This document shows positions 39,537 through 49,525 of a stretch of DNA of 64,000 bases, piece by piece. This stretch comes from an uncultured candidate division Zixibacteria bacterium (GTDB taxonomy: Bacteria > Zixibacteria > MSB-5A5 > UBA10806). Each line of letters begins with the position of its first letter. The first letter of the stretch is position 1. The notes under the pieces were generated by a model, which searched no databases, had not been told where the DNA came from, and saw only the letters and a list, made by a program, of their open reading frames with translations. The DNA lies in contig CAWDFP010000006.1 of assembly GCA_963801605.1 (NCBI GenBank), positions 640,001-704,000 on the forward strand, written 5' to 3'. The position numbers and the translations under genes are program-made.

Positions 39537-40846
39537 AAATTTTATACATCTCCCATTACTTTCCGCCCGAGGTCAATGCTCCAGCGGTGCGGGTCTCCGA
39601 AATGGCCCAACGCTGGACGGATTCCGGCGCCGATGTTACAGTCCTGACTTGTTTCCCAAATCATCCCACAGGTATTATCCCGGAGGAATACCGCGGATTG
39701 CTTCGTTCGCAGGAAAAGCGCGGCGCAATAAATGTCGTCAGAACTTATGTCTATGCCGCCGCCAATAAGGGATTTTTAAAACGAGTAATTAATTTTCTGT
39801 CCTTTATGCTCTCGGCAATATTTTTAGGCACTCCTTGCGTAGGTAAACCGGATATAATGATTGCTACGTCGCCGCAATTTTTCGTGGCGGTTGCTGGGTA
39901 TGTGATCAGCCGCTTGAAACGATGTAAGTTTGTCTTCGAGATTCGCGACCTCTGGCCTGAGGAGATTGTGGCGGTTGGCGCTATAAAAAATAAGCTTGTC
40001 ATAAAGTTTCTAGAAACGATTGAAATGTTCCTCTACCGCAAAGCCGATCTCATCGTGGCGGTGGCGGAAGGAACAATAGATATCCTAAAAGAGCGGGGCA
40101 TTCCGGCTTCCAAAATGGCTTTGGTGCCTAACGGCGTCGATATTGATCTTTTCAGCCGCTGTGCCGGAGGAGAGAATGTCCGTCGCGAACTGGGCCTGGA
40201 TACTGAATTTGTGGCCGGCTATATCGGTACTCACGGTATGGCTCACAAGCTTGGCACGGTACTTGATGCCGCCAATCTTTTGAAAGAACACAAAGATATC
40301 CGTTTCCTCTTTGTCGGCGACGGAGCCGACAAGAAGAACCTGGAAAAACAGGCAAAGGACATGGGCCTCGATAATGTTATTTTCCATCCCCAAATCCCAA
40401 GATCGCGGGTCGCGGATTTTTACGCAGCCTGTAATACCTGTCTGGTGCCCTTGAGAAAGGCTGACCTTTTTACCAAGAATATTCCCAGCAAAATCTATGA
40501 AATTATGGCCTCGCGCCGCCCGATAATTATTTCCACTGAAGGCGAGTCTCGCCGACTGGTGGAGTTATCCGGCGCCGGCCTGGGTTCGCGCCCGGAAGAT
40601 CCGCAGGGTATAGCCGAAAAGATCCAATATCTGCGAGACAATAACGATATTTGTCTCGAAATGGGCGAGAGCGGATATTCTTTTGCGCTTGCCAATTCTT
40701 CCAGATCTCGCTTGGCCGACTATTACCTGGAACTGCTAAAAAAGAATGTTGGAAAAGGGACGATAACAACTCAGATTAATAGTAATCAAATTGAGATAAA
40801 AGTCGAAAATATTAATAGGAAGAAGAGAGAAAGCGTAACTGCGTAA
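39521..40846 (+). CDS. Glycosyltransferase family 4 (WbuB-like)
   Basis: 'HYFPPEVNAPA.R', 'FPNHPTG', 'ATSPQFF', 'FEIRDLWPE' and 'IPSKIYEIMA'. Confidence 0.9.
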   Translation: MDDRLKILYISHYFPPEVNAPAVRVSEMAQRWTDSGADVTVLTCFPNHPTGIIPEEYRGLLRSQEKRGAINVVRTYVYAAANKGFLKRVINFLSFMLSAIFLGTPCVGKPDIMIATSPQFFVAVAGYVISRLKRCKFVFEIRDLWPEEIVAVGAIKNKLVIKFLETIEMFLYRKADLIVAVAEGTIDILKERGIPASKMALVPNGVDIDLFSRCAGGENVRRELGLDTEFVAGYIGTHGMAHKLGTVLDAANLLKEHKDIRFLFVGDGADKKNLEKQAKDMGLDNVIFHPQIPRSRVADFYAACNTCLVPLRKADLFTKNIPSKIYEIMASRRPIIISTEGESRRLVELSGAGLGSRPEDPQGIAEKIQYLRDNNDICLEMGESGYSFALANSSRSRLADYYLELLKKNVGKGTITTQINSNQIEIKVENINRKKRESVTA

Positions 40847-40880
40847 TTTATTCGAGTAACGTTATTTGAAGGAGGGAGCG

Positions 40881-42287
40881 ATGCTGCGGGAAAACCTGCG
40901 CATCTTCAGAAAACTGGTCTATGCGGCCGATTTATGCTTGATGGCTCTGGCCTACGAGATAGCCGTATTTATCGATAATGCGAGATTTGGCATATCTACC
41001 AGGGTTTCAATGATTGATGACCTTTTTATTCTGGCAGTCGTTATCTGGGGCTTGACCTTATGGTATCAACCAAAATGTTATGTGTTTCGACTTCGCAAGT
41101 TAAGCGACATTATGATTTCATCGCTTCGAGCCTCGGCCATAGCTTCAGGTATTTTTCTGGCTGTTATCTATGCTATAGGATATCTGGCCGAAAGCAGGTT
41201 GCAGATACTTCTCTTTATTACCATTAGCGCAGCCTTGTTTTTAAGTCTCAGGGTAGCAATCGCCATTCTTCTTTACTTCTACAGGGCGCGGGGGTATAAC
41301 TATCAGACTGTCCTTATTATTGGCACGGGCAATACCGCCAAAGGATTTGCCGATAAAATTCTGAACAATATCCAGTATGGACTCAAAATTTTGGGCTTTC
41401 TTGATTGGGAGAAGCGTCCGGAGCTTTGGCGTTATCGAGATATTCCGTGTATCGGATATCTTGCAGATTTATCTGATATTTTAAAGAAAAAGCAGGTTGA
41501 TTTTGTAGTCTTTGCAGTGGGCAAAAAATATCTTGGCACAATAGAAAAAAGCATGCGCCTGTGTGAGGAAATGGGTGTACGGGTATCTGTCCTGGTGGAT
41601 TTTTTCCCGACCACAATATCTACACGCAGGATTGATTCTTTCTTCGGTTCTCCGATGATTAGCTACGATCCTGCTCCCGGACTCGATCTTCCAATGATCT
41701 TTAAGAATCTTCTTGATAGATTCCTGGCTGCTTTAGGCTTGATCCTTGCTTCGCCGGTGATGATAGCCGCTGCGATCGCGGTTAAATTAACCTCACCCGG
41801 ACCGGCAGTATTTAAGCAACCCAGATGCGGCCTTAACGGCAGAAAATTCAAACTCTATAAGTTCCGTACTATGGTTCAAAATGCCGAGAAGCTTAAAAAC
41901 GATCTTATGAAATTTAACGAAGTCGATGGCGCCGCTTTCAAGATGAAAAACGATCCCCGCATTACTAAAGTGGGAAAATTTCTTCGTAAAACCTCAATCG
42001 ATGAACTGCCGCAATTTTTAAATATTCTAAAAGGCGAAATGTCATTTGTGGGGCCGCGCCCGCCACTGGCCGATGAGGTAATAAATTACGATCTCTGGCA
42101 ACGTCGCAAACTTTCCATGAAACCGGGGCTTACCTGCCTCTGGCAAATCAGCGGACGGTCTGATGTCTCCTTTGAACAGTGGATGAAACTCGATCTCGAA
42201 TATATAGATCACTGGTCGCTATGGCGGGATGCTCAAATTTTAGCTCGAACAGTACCCGCTGTTCTTAAAGGCACGGGAGCCAGATAA
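40881..42287 (+). CDS. Priming undecaprenyl-phosphate glycosyl-1-phosphate transferase (WcaJ/WbaP family)
   Basis: N-terminal TMs, CoA-binding-like domain, 'KFRTM', 'DPRIT.VG.FLRKTSIDELPQF.N.L.GEMS.VGPRP' and 'KPGLT'. Confidence 0.92.
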   Translation: MLRENLRIFRKLVYAADLCLMALAYEIAVFIDNARFGISTRVSMIDDLFILAVVIWGLTLWYQPKCYVFRLRKLSDIMISSLRASAIASGIFLAVIYAIGYLAESRLQILLFITISAALFLSLRVAIAILLYFYRARGYNYQTVLIIGTGNTAKGFADKILNNIQYGLKILGFLDWEKRPELWRYRDIPCIGYLADLSDILKKKQVDFVVFAVGKKYLGTIEKSMRLCEEMGVRVSVLVDFFPTTISTRRIDSFFGSPMISYDPAPGLDLPMIFKNLLDRFLAALGLILASPVMIAAAIAVKLTSPGPAVFKQPRCGLNGRKFKLYKFRTMVQNAEKLKNDLMKFNEVDGAAFKMKNDPRITKVGKFLRKTSIDELPQFLNILKGEMSFVGPRPPLADEVINYDLWQRRKLSMKPGLTCLWQISGRSDVSFEQWMKLDLEYIDHWSLWRDAQILARTVPAVLKGTGAR

Positions 42288-42302
42288 AAAGGGGCTGGTA
42301 AG

Positions 42303-43367
42303 ATGGAAAAAATATTGATTGCGGAAAACGATCCTAAGACTTGCGATATCATAAGACAGTCCCTCGAGCCTCAAGGATATGATATTACCTGTTCTCAAAA
42401 CGGTCTGGAAGCTCTCGGAATCATTCACAACAGCCCTCCTTTCAACCTTATCATTTTGGGAGCCAATTTCAGTCAAATGAATAGCCTGGGGCTTTTAGAA
42501 ATCATCAGAAAACGTTATCCCCAAACTATAACCTTAATGATTTCGGATGCAAAAAATCCCAAGAGAGCTTTGGAATTTTTTAAACAGGGCGCATACGATA
42601 CTATCGAAAAGCCCGTTAAATCGGATGAACTCGCAAAAACCGTGAAATCGGCCCTTGATGAAGGCCGATTGATGAAGGATTCGGGCTTTATCTATAAGGA
42701 TACTCGCAGGGAAGATCGTTCGCTAATTCGTCGCGGCATTTTCCTGGGGATAAGCGACTCTCTTCTAGTCGGCCTCTCGTTTTACATTGGTTTTCTGCTA
42801 TATCTATTGGGGGATATAAATAAAACCTCATTTATCCAGCCAGCCGAGATTTTAATGATGAGTTTGGGATTTTCGTTTGCTTATGGCTTTGTCTTTGTAT
42901 ATCGTCGCAGCCATCGAACTGATTTGCATTGGGGTAAAAGAGATCAGGCAATAAATCTTTTGTGGAATATCTCCTATGCCTATATCCTGCAGCTCGCCAT
43001 TCTCTTTTTGGTTAAGGATGCAGGCTTTTCGGCAGTCCGCTATGCGATTGGAACAGGCTTTCTCCTGGGATATTTAACGCTCTTAGGAAGCAGATTGGCC
43101 ATGCCAACGGTCATTTCGAAACTTGGCCGTGAGGGTCGAAAGACCATCACAATCATTGCATCGCCTTCAACTCCCGACACTAAAGCGTCAGACAAAATCA
43201 AAAATAGTCACTCTGATCATCGAAATAATGAGCCTTATCTTATCGACACCCTTTCGCCATCTCAAATATCGGTCTTGATGGATCGCGGTAAGGGGCGCAA
43301 AATAAATGTCGTGGAATCCGAAAATGGCGCCAAAAACAATGGTCGGCCCGCCCAAATTTCGCGATAA
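42303..43367 (+). CDS. Atypical receiver domain fused to a 4-TM membrane domain
   Basis: REC fold ('KILIAEND...NGLEAL...LIIL[G]...GAYD.IEKP') with Gly at the phospho-Asp position, followed by 4 hydrophobic helices. Confidence 0.7.
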   Translation: MEKILIAENDPKTCDIIRQSLEPQGYDITCSQNGLEALGIIHNSPPFNLIILGANFSQMNSLGLLEIIRKRYPQTITLMISDAKNPKRALEFFKQGAYDTIEKPVKSDELAKTVKSALDEGRLMKDSGFIYKDTRREDRSLIRRGIFLGISDSLLVGLSFYIGFLLYLLGDINKTSFIQPAEILMMSLGFSFAYGFVFVYRRSHRTDLHWGKRDQAINLLWNISYAYILQLAILFLVKDAGFSAVRYAIGTGFLLGYLTLLGSRLAMPTVISKLGREGRKTITIIASPSTPDTKASDKIKNSHSDHRNNEPYLIDTLSPSQISVLMDRGKGRKINVVESENGAKNNGRPAQISR

Positions 43368-43369
43368 TT

Positions 43370-44863
43370 ATGCGCTATTTCCTATTTATTATTTTGCTAT
43401 TTAGTTCAGCCTTAATGGCGGCTGAAATCCCGGTCGGAAGCCCCATAAGCCAACGCTTGTTCGATATCTCTCGCGAGCTTTATGGCCGCGGTATTTTATA
43501 TAGGTATGAATATGCGTCAATTGATACACCTTTATCAAACGGGAACAACTTGTTTGAGAAAAGCCTCATCGAACAATTCGGCGGATTATATAATAATTAC
43601 CGAAAACCATACACGTCGCCAAAAATTACCGGCGGGCTTACAGTTCTGGAAAGCAATCGGCAAAATACATCGAATGTAAATTATATTAAGCTTTTTCCCG
43701 AAGTTGGTATTGATTTTAATCAAAAGCTCTCGGCAAATATCCTTTATAGGATTGATGGCGAATTAAGCCGCGATCCGCGTTATGATGGTAAAGCCTGGAA
43801 TGGAATAGCGGGCTTCCCGGAGAACGCAACGATTAATTTTAAATCCGGTGCATTTGGGGCCAGATTTGGAATCGAGCGGCTTTCCTGGGGAATGGCGAGT
43901 TACGGCAATCTTATGTTTGCCTCACAGGCTATGCCGATGACACTTTTGGCATTCAGTTATCGGCGATGGATTTTCGATTTTGAGGCCGCCACGGGCTTTC
44001 TGAATCCGCTTAAGGAAGAGCTTGATCGTAGTGCCAGCGATACCTCTTATGTTACCAGTCAGCAGCGCTACCTTTCGACACATTCTATCACACTTAGGCC
44101 TGTAAAGAGCTTTTCACTTTCTTTTCGCGAAGTTGTTCTCTATGGCGGACCAGGCAGACGACTTGAGCCGGCCTATCTGTTTCCATTTATCTGGTATCAC
44201 GGCCAGCAGCTTAATTCGCGTCTCAATGATAACATTATGGGAAGCGTGGCTGCCGATTGGCGCTTTCGGAGTCATTTCTGGCTCTATGGCGAGCTATTAA
44301 TTGATGATTTTCAGGTCGAGCGAAAGAGCCGCGGCGATTACGAGCCCAATCAAATGGCCTATCTCGCCGGAACAGAAATATACGATCTGCCTCTTCGGGG
44401 TTCTACTATCGCTTTAGAATATGAACGAGTCAATAATTGGACTTATAATCAATTCCGCGACTATAACCGCTATATCAATCTCAATTATCCGATCGGGTTT
44501 CCTGAAGGGCCTGACGTTGATATTTTAAACTGGCGCTTCTCCTGGTGGGCACAAAAAGGAATTAAACTCTCATACCTTGGACTTTACCGAAGACACGGCG
44601 CAGGACGAATTGATACCCCCTGGACTCGACCCTGGCTTGGAGTAGATTATTATTCCGAGCCTTTCCCTACGGGCACTGTTGAGCGCCAAGCCACTCACTC
44701 CCTTGAGGTTCTGGTTTTAAAGAAAAATTGGCTTTGGGGTAACGTCCGGCTGAATTTTACCGATATAATAAATGTTGCGAATATTCCCGGCAAATCGAAA
44801 AAAAGCTGGGATTTGTCATTTGACATCGGAGCAAATATACCACCTTTGATACGGGGGTTTTAG
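43370..44863 (+). CDS. wzi: Capsule assembly Wzi family outer-membrane protein
   Basis: Signal peptide, 'RYLSTH', 'EVVLYGG', 'DN.MG', 'LYGELLIDD', 'EY.R...WTY' and 'PIG...GPD'. Confidence 0.7.
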   Translation: MRYFLFIILLFSSALMAAEIPVGSPISQRLFDISRELYGRGILYRYEYASIDTPLSNGNNLFEKSLIEQFGGLYNNYRKPYTSPKITGGLTVLESNRQNTSNVNYIKLFPEVGIDFNQKLSANILYRIDGELSRDPRYDGKAWNGIAGFPENATINFKSGAFGARFGIERLSWGMASYGNLMFASQAMPMTLLAFSYRRWIFDFEAATGFLNPLKEELDRSASDTSYVTSQQRYLSTHSITLRPVKSFSLSFREVVLYGGPGRRLEPAYLFPFIWYHGQQLNSRLNDNIMGSVAADWRFRSHFWLYGELLIDDFQVERKSRGDYEPNQMAYLAGTEIYDLPLRGSTIALEYERVNNWTYNQFRDYNRYINLNYPIGFPEGPDVDILNWRFSWWAQKGIKLSYLGLYRRHGAGRIDTPWTRPWLGVDYYSEPFPTGTVERQATHSLEVLVLKKNWLWGNVRLNFTDIINVANIPGKSKKSWDLSFDIGANIPPLIRGF

Positions 44864-44865
44864 CG

Positions 44866-46326
44866 ATGAAAAAAATTGTAACTGTACTCGGAATTCTGGT
44901 TCTGGCCACGTTAACAGCATCCACCGCCCTGCCTGCCGATTTTCTCTCAGGCGCTCGCGGCGGAGGCATGGGCTTTTCCTATTTTGTATTAGCTGATGAT
45001 CCAGCTGGGGCGCTTTATAATCCATCGGCGTTAGCTTTTATAAAGGGATGGCAGACCCAGTTCATGTATGAAAAGCTGAACTCGTACGACTACAAAGTCG
45101 TAACAGAACGACCTTATTTTGGACAATTCGGCATCACCTATTTCCGGCCTGGAACAGGAACCTTTGCAGTCAATAGCCTTCAGAGCGGCTCGTTTGCTAA
45201 TCAAACCAATATTCCGACCGTAAATCATGTTGCCCTTTCTTACGGTAGAGAGCTGTCGAATATGTGGTCGGCAGGCGGTTCGATCAAATATCTTACTGAA
45301 ATGGGATTTGGCAAACGCTCGGCATTTGATATGGATATCTCATTTTCATTAAGGACGACTAAAAGCATTGCAGCCTCAGTGGCATTTGAAAACATCACCC
45401 GTGCTACCCTCTCACCGGATTACCTGGGACAGGAGGAGCACCTGCCGCGCAGAAGTCGCGTTGGCGGAGGATATTTTATTGGCAATCATGATTACCAGGG
45501 AGCAATTCTCGTAGCCGGTCAGATTGAGGAATCGGGGGTCGGCAGCAAATTAACGACCTCTCTGGTTAATTTTGGTACCGAGTGGTGGTTGATGCAAAAC
45601 CGCAATTTTTCGATAGGCGCTCGCACCGGTTATACCGTTGGTCAGGCAGTTAGAAACGATATCAAAGCTGATTACGCCGGCCCGACGATGGGTTTTTCGC
45701 TAACTCATAAAATCGGCCAAAGCGACATTCGCCTCGATTATTCCTGGCAGGCGTTTCCCTTTAAGACCGCCGACGGATCCACTCCGGCCAATCATTACCT
45801 GTCAGTGACATTTGGTTGGGGGGGCGTTCCCAGGTATCCCGGTCATGCCAATGAAGCTCCAACGCCCAGGCAGGCGAAGGTGATCGAGAAAAAGGAAGCT
45901 GAGACGCCCCAGATATTCCAGGCGCCAATAAAAGATGAGCAGGAAGCTCCGCTTGAAACTAAAGATACCGATTTCAAAACAGCCGACTTTAAGACTTTTA
46001 ATGTCGCGATGGAAGTAAGCGATATTTCATCTATGGATCTTAAGCGGGTGGTCTTTTATGTCAGGCCGCAGCAGGTAATAAAGACAACCAGTTGGAAGCT
46101 TTATATTTTCAAGGCTAAGATTAAAACCTGGAGTGAGGAAGAAGCCGGTCGCTGGTCGCTTCGCGTTATCGAGGGTAAGGGCGTGCCACCAATAAATATC
46201 ATTTGGGATGGCCTCGATACCAAGGGTGAACTTGTTCAAAAGGGCAAGTATTATTTCCTCATGACCGCGGTCGATGTCAAAGGCCAGAATTACGCCACCG
46301 AATGGTTTAACTTCAAATTAGAATAG
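44866..46326 (+). CDS. PorV/PorQ-like beta-barrel protein with C-terminal FlgD-like Ig domain
   Basis: Signal peptide, 'GARGGGMG..Y..LADD....YNPS.LA', beta-strands ending 'RLDYS..H..S.TF', and C-terminal 'IIWDG.D..G..V..G.Y'. Confidence 0.65.
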   Translation: MKKIVTVLGILVLATLTASTALPADFLSGARGGGMGFSYFVLADDPAGALYNPSALAFIKGWQTQFMYEKLNSYDYKVVTERPYFGQFGITYFRPGTGTFAVNSLQSGSFANQTNIPTVNHVALSYGRELSNMWSAGGSIKYLTEMGFGKRSAFDMDISFSLRTTKSIAASVAFENITRATLSPDYLGQEEHLPRRSRVGGGYFIGNHDYQGAILVAGQIEESGVGSKLTTSLVNFGTEWWLMQNRNFSIGARTGYTVGQAVRNDIKADYAGPTMGFSLTHKIGQSDIRLDYSWQAFPFKTADGSTPANHYLSVTFGWGGVPRYPGHANEAPTPRQAKVIEKKEAETPQIFQAPIKDEQEAPLETKDTDFKTADFKTFNVAMEVSDISSMDLKRVVFYVRPQQVIKTTSWKLYIFKAKIKTWSEEEAGRWSLRVIEGKGVPPINIIWDGLDTKGELVQKGKYYFLMTAVDVKGQNYATEWFNFKLE

Positions 46327-46348
46327 TGCGTGTGCAATATAGAGGGGG

Positions 46349-46387
46349 AAGCGTCGCCAGCCGCAAGGCCGGCGGCGCTTTTTGTTT
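46349..46387 (+). terminator. Rho-independent terminator ending the polysaccharide operon
   Basis: AAGCGTCGCC..GCC-gcaa-GGC..GGCGGCGCTT stem with a T tract. Confidence 0.75.
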
Positions 46388-46505
46388 GCTTAAGCGGCGA
46401 ATTCTCCGAACCGGATCGTTTTTTCCATTAATTATGCTCCCTATAACCGAAGTCTAGCCCCCCTTTTCTATTGACTATCCCATCGAATTAGAATTAATTC
46501 GATAT

Positions 46506-47039
46506 ATGCACAAGAGGGATTGCCCCAGATTATCTGCCAAAATGAAGAGAATCAAGCTCTTTGTTTTCGATGTCGACGGCGTTCTGACAGATAATACCGT
46601 TTGGATGGGCAGTGGTAAAACTGAGCTAAAGCGCTTTAATATCGCCGACGGTATGGGCGTTTATATTGCCCGTCGAGCGGGGATACCAACCGCGCTGATT
46701 TCTGGAAGGTCGTCGCCGGCCACCACCTCACGGGTGAAAGAGCTCGGGATAGTCGATTATTACCAGAAAAAGGGACCCAAACGGATACCGTTTGAAAAGC
46801 TGCTAAAAAAATATAAACTCGACCCTAAAGAAGTCGCCTTCATGGGTGACGATGTCATCGATGTCCCCATAATGGAAATGGCCGGAGTGGTGGCCACTGT
46901 GCCGCATGCGCCCGAGTACGTTAAGAAGTATGCCGATATTGTTACAGTTCACCCGGCTGGTATGGGAGCGGCGCGTGAGTTTGTAGATATGGTGATTTTG
47001 GCGAAAGGATTGGATCCGGTTGACCTCACTTATAAATAA
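46506..47039 (+). CDS. kdsC: KDO 8-phosphate phosphatase (HAD)
   Basis: 'FDVDGVLTD', 'KRFN..DG.G', 'ISGR.S' and 'FMGDD..D', next to kdsD. Confidence 0.9.
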   Translation: MHKRDCPRLSAKMKRIKLFVFDVDGVLTDNTVWMGSGKTELKRFNIADGMGVYIARRAGIPTALISGRSSPATTSRVKELGIVDYYQKKGPKRIPFEKLLKKYKLDPKEVAFMGDDVIDVPIMEMAGVVATVPHAPEYVKKYADIVTVHPAGMGAAREFVDMVILAKGLDPVDLTYK

Positions 47040-47982
47040 AGCGCGGGAAGTTATCATAAAGGAAGCTGACGCCGTGCGCCTTATGGCTGATCGTCTCGAT
47101 GGCAGTTTTGAGAAGGCAATCAACATTCTCTATAATTGTAAAGGCCGCGTAATAATCTCCGGAATCGGTAAATCGGGTCAGGTAGCGCGAAAAATTGCTG
47201 CAACCTTTTCATCTACGGGTACGCCTGCATTCTATATCCATCCCACCGAAGGTATCCACGGCGATATCGGAGTTGTGCTTTCAGGTGATGTAGCTATTGT
47301 CATCAGCAAATCTGGCGATACCGAGGAGGTTATCAAGCTCCTGCCGATCTTTAAGCGTCGAGGGGTTCCGGTGATTGCCATCAGCGGCGGCAAAGATTCC
47401 ACTCTGGCGCAAGAGGCCGACGTCATCCTCGACTCCTCGGTCGAATTCGAAGCCTGTCCGCTCGATCTGGTTCCGACCTCATCCACCACCGCAGCACTCG
47501 TAATGGGCGATGCTCTGGCGGTTGTCCTGCTGGAGCTTCGAGGTTTCACGGAAGATGACTTTTCGGTTATTCATCCCGGAGGCGCCCTGGGGCGAAGACT
47601 TATTAAGGTATCAGACTTAATGCATACCGGGCCGGAGTTGCCTATTGTCCGAGACATCGCCAGTTTTAAGGAGATGCTTCTCGAAATGACATCCAAGATG
47701 TTTGGGTTAGCCCTTGTTGTTGACGCCGATGGCAAATTAACCGGCATTTTCACCGATGGTGATCTCAGACGAACAATCGAGTCGTACTCCAATCCGCTTG
47801 AACTTACAGCAGGAAAGGTAGCAATATCGAATCCCAAACGAATCGCTGCCGGGGAGCTGGCCGCAACAGCGGTTGCCGTGATGGAAAATCACCATATCAC
47901 CAGCCTGGTTATCACTGACAAAAAGAATTGCCCGATAGGCTTAATTCATTTGCATGATCTATTAAAAGCCAAGGTCGTTTGA
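47020..47982 (+). CDS. kdsD: Arabinose-5-phosphate isomerase KpsF/GutQ (SIS plus CBS)
   Basis: 'GIGKSG..ARKIAATFSSTGTP', 'HGDIG', 'PTSSTT..L..GDALA', 'HPGG.LG' and a CBS pair. Confidence 0.92.
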   Translation: MTSLINKAREVIIKEADAVRLMADRLDGSFEKAINILYNCKGRVIISGIGKSGQVARKIAATFSSTGTPAFYIHPTEGIHGDIGVVLSGDVAIVISKSGDTEEVIKLLPIFKRRGVPVIAISGGKDSTLAQEADVILDSSVEFEACPLDLVPTSSTTAALVMGDALAVVLLELRGFTEDDFSVIHPGGALGRRLIKVSDLMHTGPELPIVRDIASFKEMLLEMTSKMFGLALVVDADGKLTGIFTDGDLRRTIESYSNPLELTAGKVAISNPKRIAAGELAATAVAVMENHHITSLVITDKKNCPIGLIHLHDLLKAKVV

Positions 47983-48941
47983 TGTCATCATCAAAGCGAA
48001 TTAAAAACGATTTTATCTATGCGGCCCTACGCTTTATTATGGCGATCGTAGAGATGTTGCCTCGCGATTTAGCTTTGAAATTTGCCACCATGCTTGGCGA
48101 AATAGTTGCCATGCTCGATGGCAAAGAGCGGCGCCTGGCAGAGGCTAATCTCCGGCGAGCTTATGGCGATACCTGGAGCGAGGAGAAAATCAATTTGGTG
48201 GCGCGAGAGTGCTTTGTCCAGATGGCCAGGAACGCCGCCGATGTCATTCGCTCTACTCGTTGGGATGAAAACGATCTACGGGACCTGATCGATGTCGAGG
48301 GGGTCGAGCATTTCGATCGTGCCATGCAGCGGGGCAAAGGAGTGGTGGGCGTTACCGGCCATATCGGCAATTTTGAGCTTTCGGCCGCCTGGTTTGCGGC
48401 AGTTAAGAAAACGCCGATTTCGGTTATCGGGCGCAGACTATACGATGAGCGACTCGATACACTGGTAGTAGAAAATCGCGAAAAGTTCGGCATGGAGGTT
48501 ATTCCGTCCGATGCCTCTGCCAAAAAAGTCTATACAGTCTTAAAAAGCGGACGGATGCTTGGGGTCCTGATGGACCTCGATTCCTCTCGCGTGACAGGAT
48601 ATTTCGTACCATTCTTCGGGCACCCTGCCAAGACCGCGGCCGGACCAATGTATATAGGACGAAAAACCGGAAGCCCCGTAGTGCCTTTGGCGCTGTTCAG
48701 AACTCAGGATGACCGCTATCTCCTAAAAATATTGCCTGCATTTGATATTCCCGTTACCGATAATAAGGAAGAGGATGTTAAATCCGCGCTTCTTATGTGC
48801 AATAAGGCGCTAGAGCAACTGATAAATTTCGATCCCACCCAGTGGGCCTGGATACATAATCGTTGGAAAAGCAAACCAACTCCTCAAAATGACGTAAAAG
48901 ATGGATTGGAGGAGATGAGCCTATCAAACGAACAATTCTAA
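47982..48941 (+). CDS. lpxL: Lipid A biosynthesis acyltransferase (LpxL/HtrB family)
   Basis: 'GHIGNFE', 'VPFFGHPA.T..GP' and 'PTQW.W.HNRWK'. Confidence 0.8.
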   Translation: MSSSKRIKNDFIYAALRFIMAIVEMLPRDLALKFATMLGEIVAMLDGKERRLAEANLRRAYGDTWSEEKINLVARECFVQMARNAADVIRSTRWDENDLRDLIDVEGVEHFDRAMQRGKGVVGVTGHIGNFELSAAWFAAVKKTPISVIGRRLYDERLDTLVVENREKFGMEVIPSDASAKKVYTVLKSGRMLGVLMDLDSSRVTGYFVPFFGHPAKTAAGPMYIGRKTGSPVVPLALFRTQDDRYLLKILPAFDIPVTDNKEEDVKSALLMCNKALEQLINFDPTQWAWIHNRWKSKPTPQNDVKDGLEEMSLSNEQF

Positions 48942-48958
48942 TTTTTTCGATAGTCGGA

Positions 48959-49525
48959 TTGGGTTTTATTCACTGCGGCCCGTCGGAAAAACCCCCGGTT
49001 CAGATGACTACCGGGAAGATACCCGATTCCGTAATGGAAAAAGCAACTATCATCATGACATCATCCGGGATGCGTCAGGCCGTGATCTATGCCGATACCC
49101 TCTATGTATTTGAAAAAGAGGATTCCACAACCGCTCAAAATGTTAAAGTGGATTTTTTCAACGAACAAGGTCTGTATCAATCTACATTGACTGCTCAAAA
49201 AGGTCTGGTGCGCCAAAAGCAGCAAATCTTCTCCGTTTGGGGCAATGTTGTTGTGGCCAATGATACCTCCCGATTGGAAACTCAGTCGCTTAACTGGGAC
49301 ACCAAACGAAATATGATTACCTCGAATGATTTCGTGCGTTTCGAGCGTAATAAAGATGTCATTACCGGCTACGGACTGGAAGCCGATAGCCGCCTTGATA
49401 ATGTCCGGATTCTACGCGATGTTTCCGGCAAGATGAGCAATATTCCGCAAAATGAAGGAGAGCTGGATAGTCTCGAAAAAGCTCCAGCGTCGACCTTACC
49501 CCCGCCAACCGGAGAAAGCAAATGA
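48959..49525 (+). CDS. lptC: LPS export periplasmic protein LptC (true start probably ~48916, obscured by an indel)
   Basis: 'VKVDFF...G...STLTA..G', 'GNVVV', 'LET..L.WD', 'I.S.DFV' and 'G.GLEAD'. Upstream of lptB. Confidence 0.8.
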   Translation: MGFIHCGPSEKPPVQMTTGKIPDSVMEKATIIMTSSGMRQAVIYADTLYVFEKEDSTTAQNVKVDFFNEQGLYQSTLTAQKGLVRQKQQIFSVWGNVVVANDTSRLETQSLNWDTKRNMITSNDFVRFERNKDVITGYGLEADSRLDNVRILRDVSGKMSNIPQNEGELDSLEKAPASTLPPPTGESK

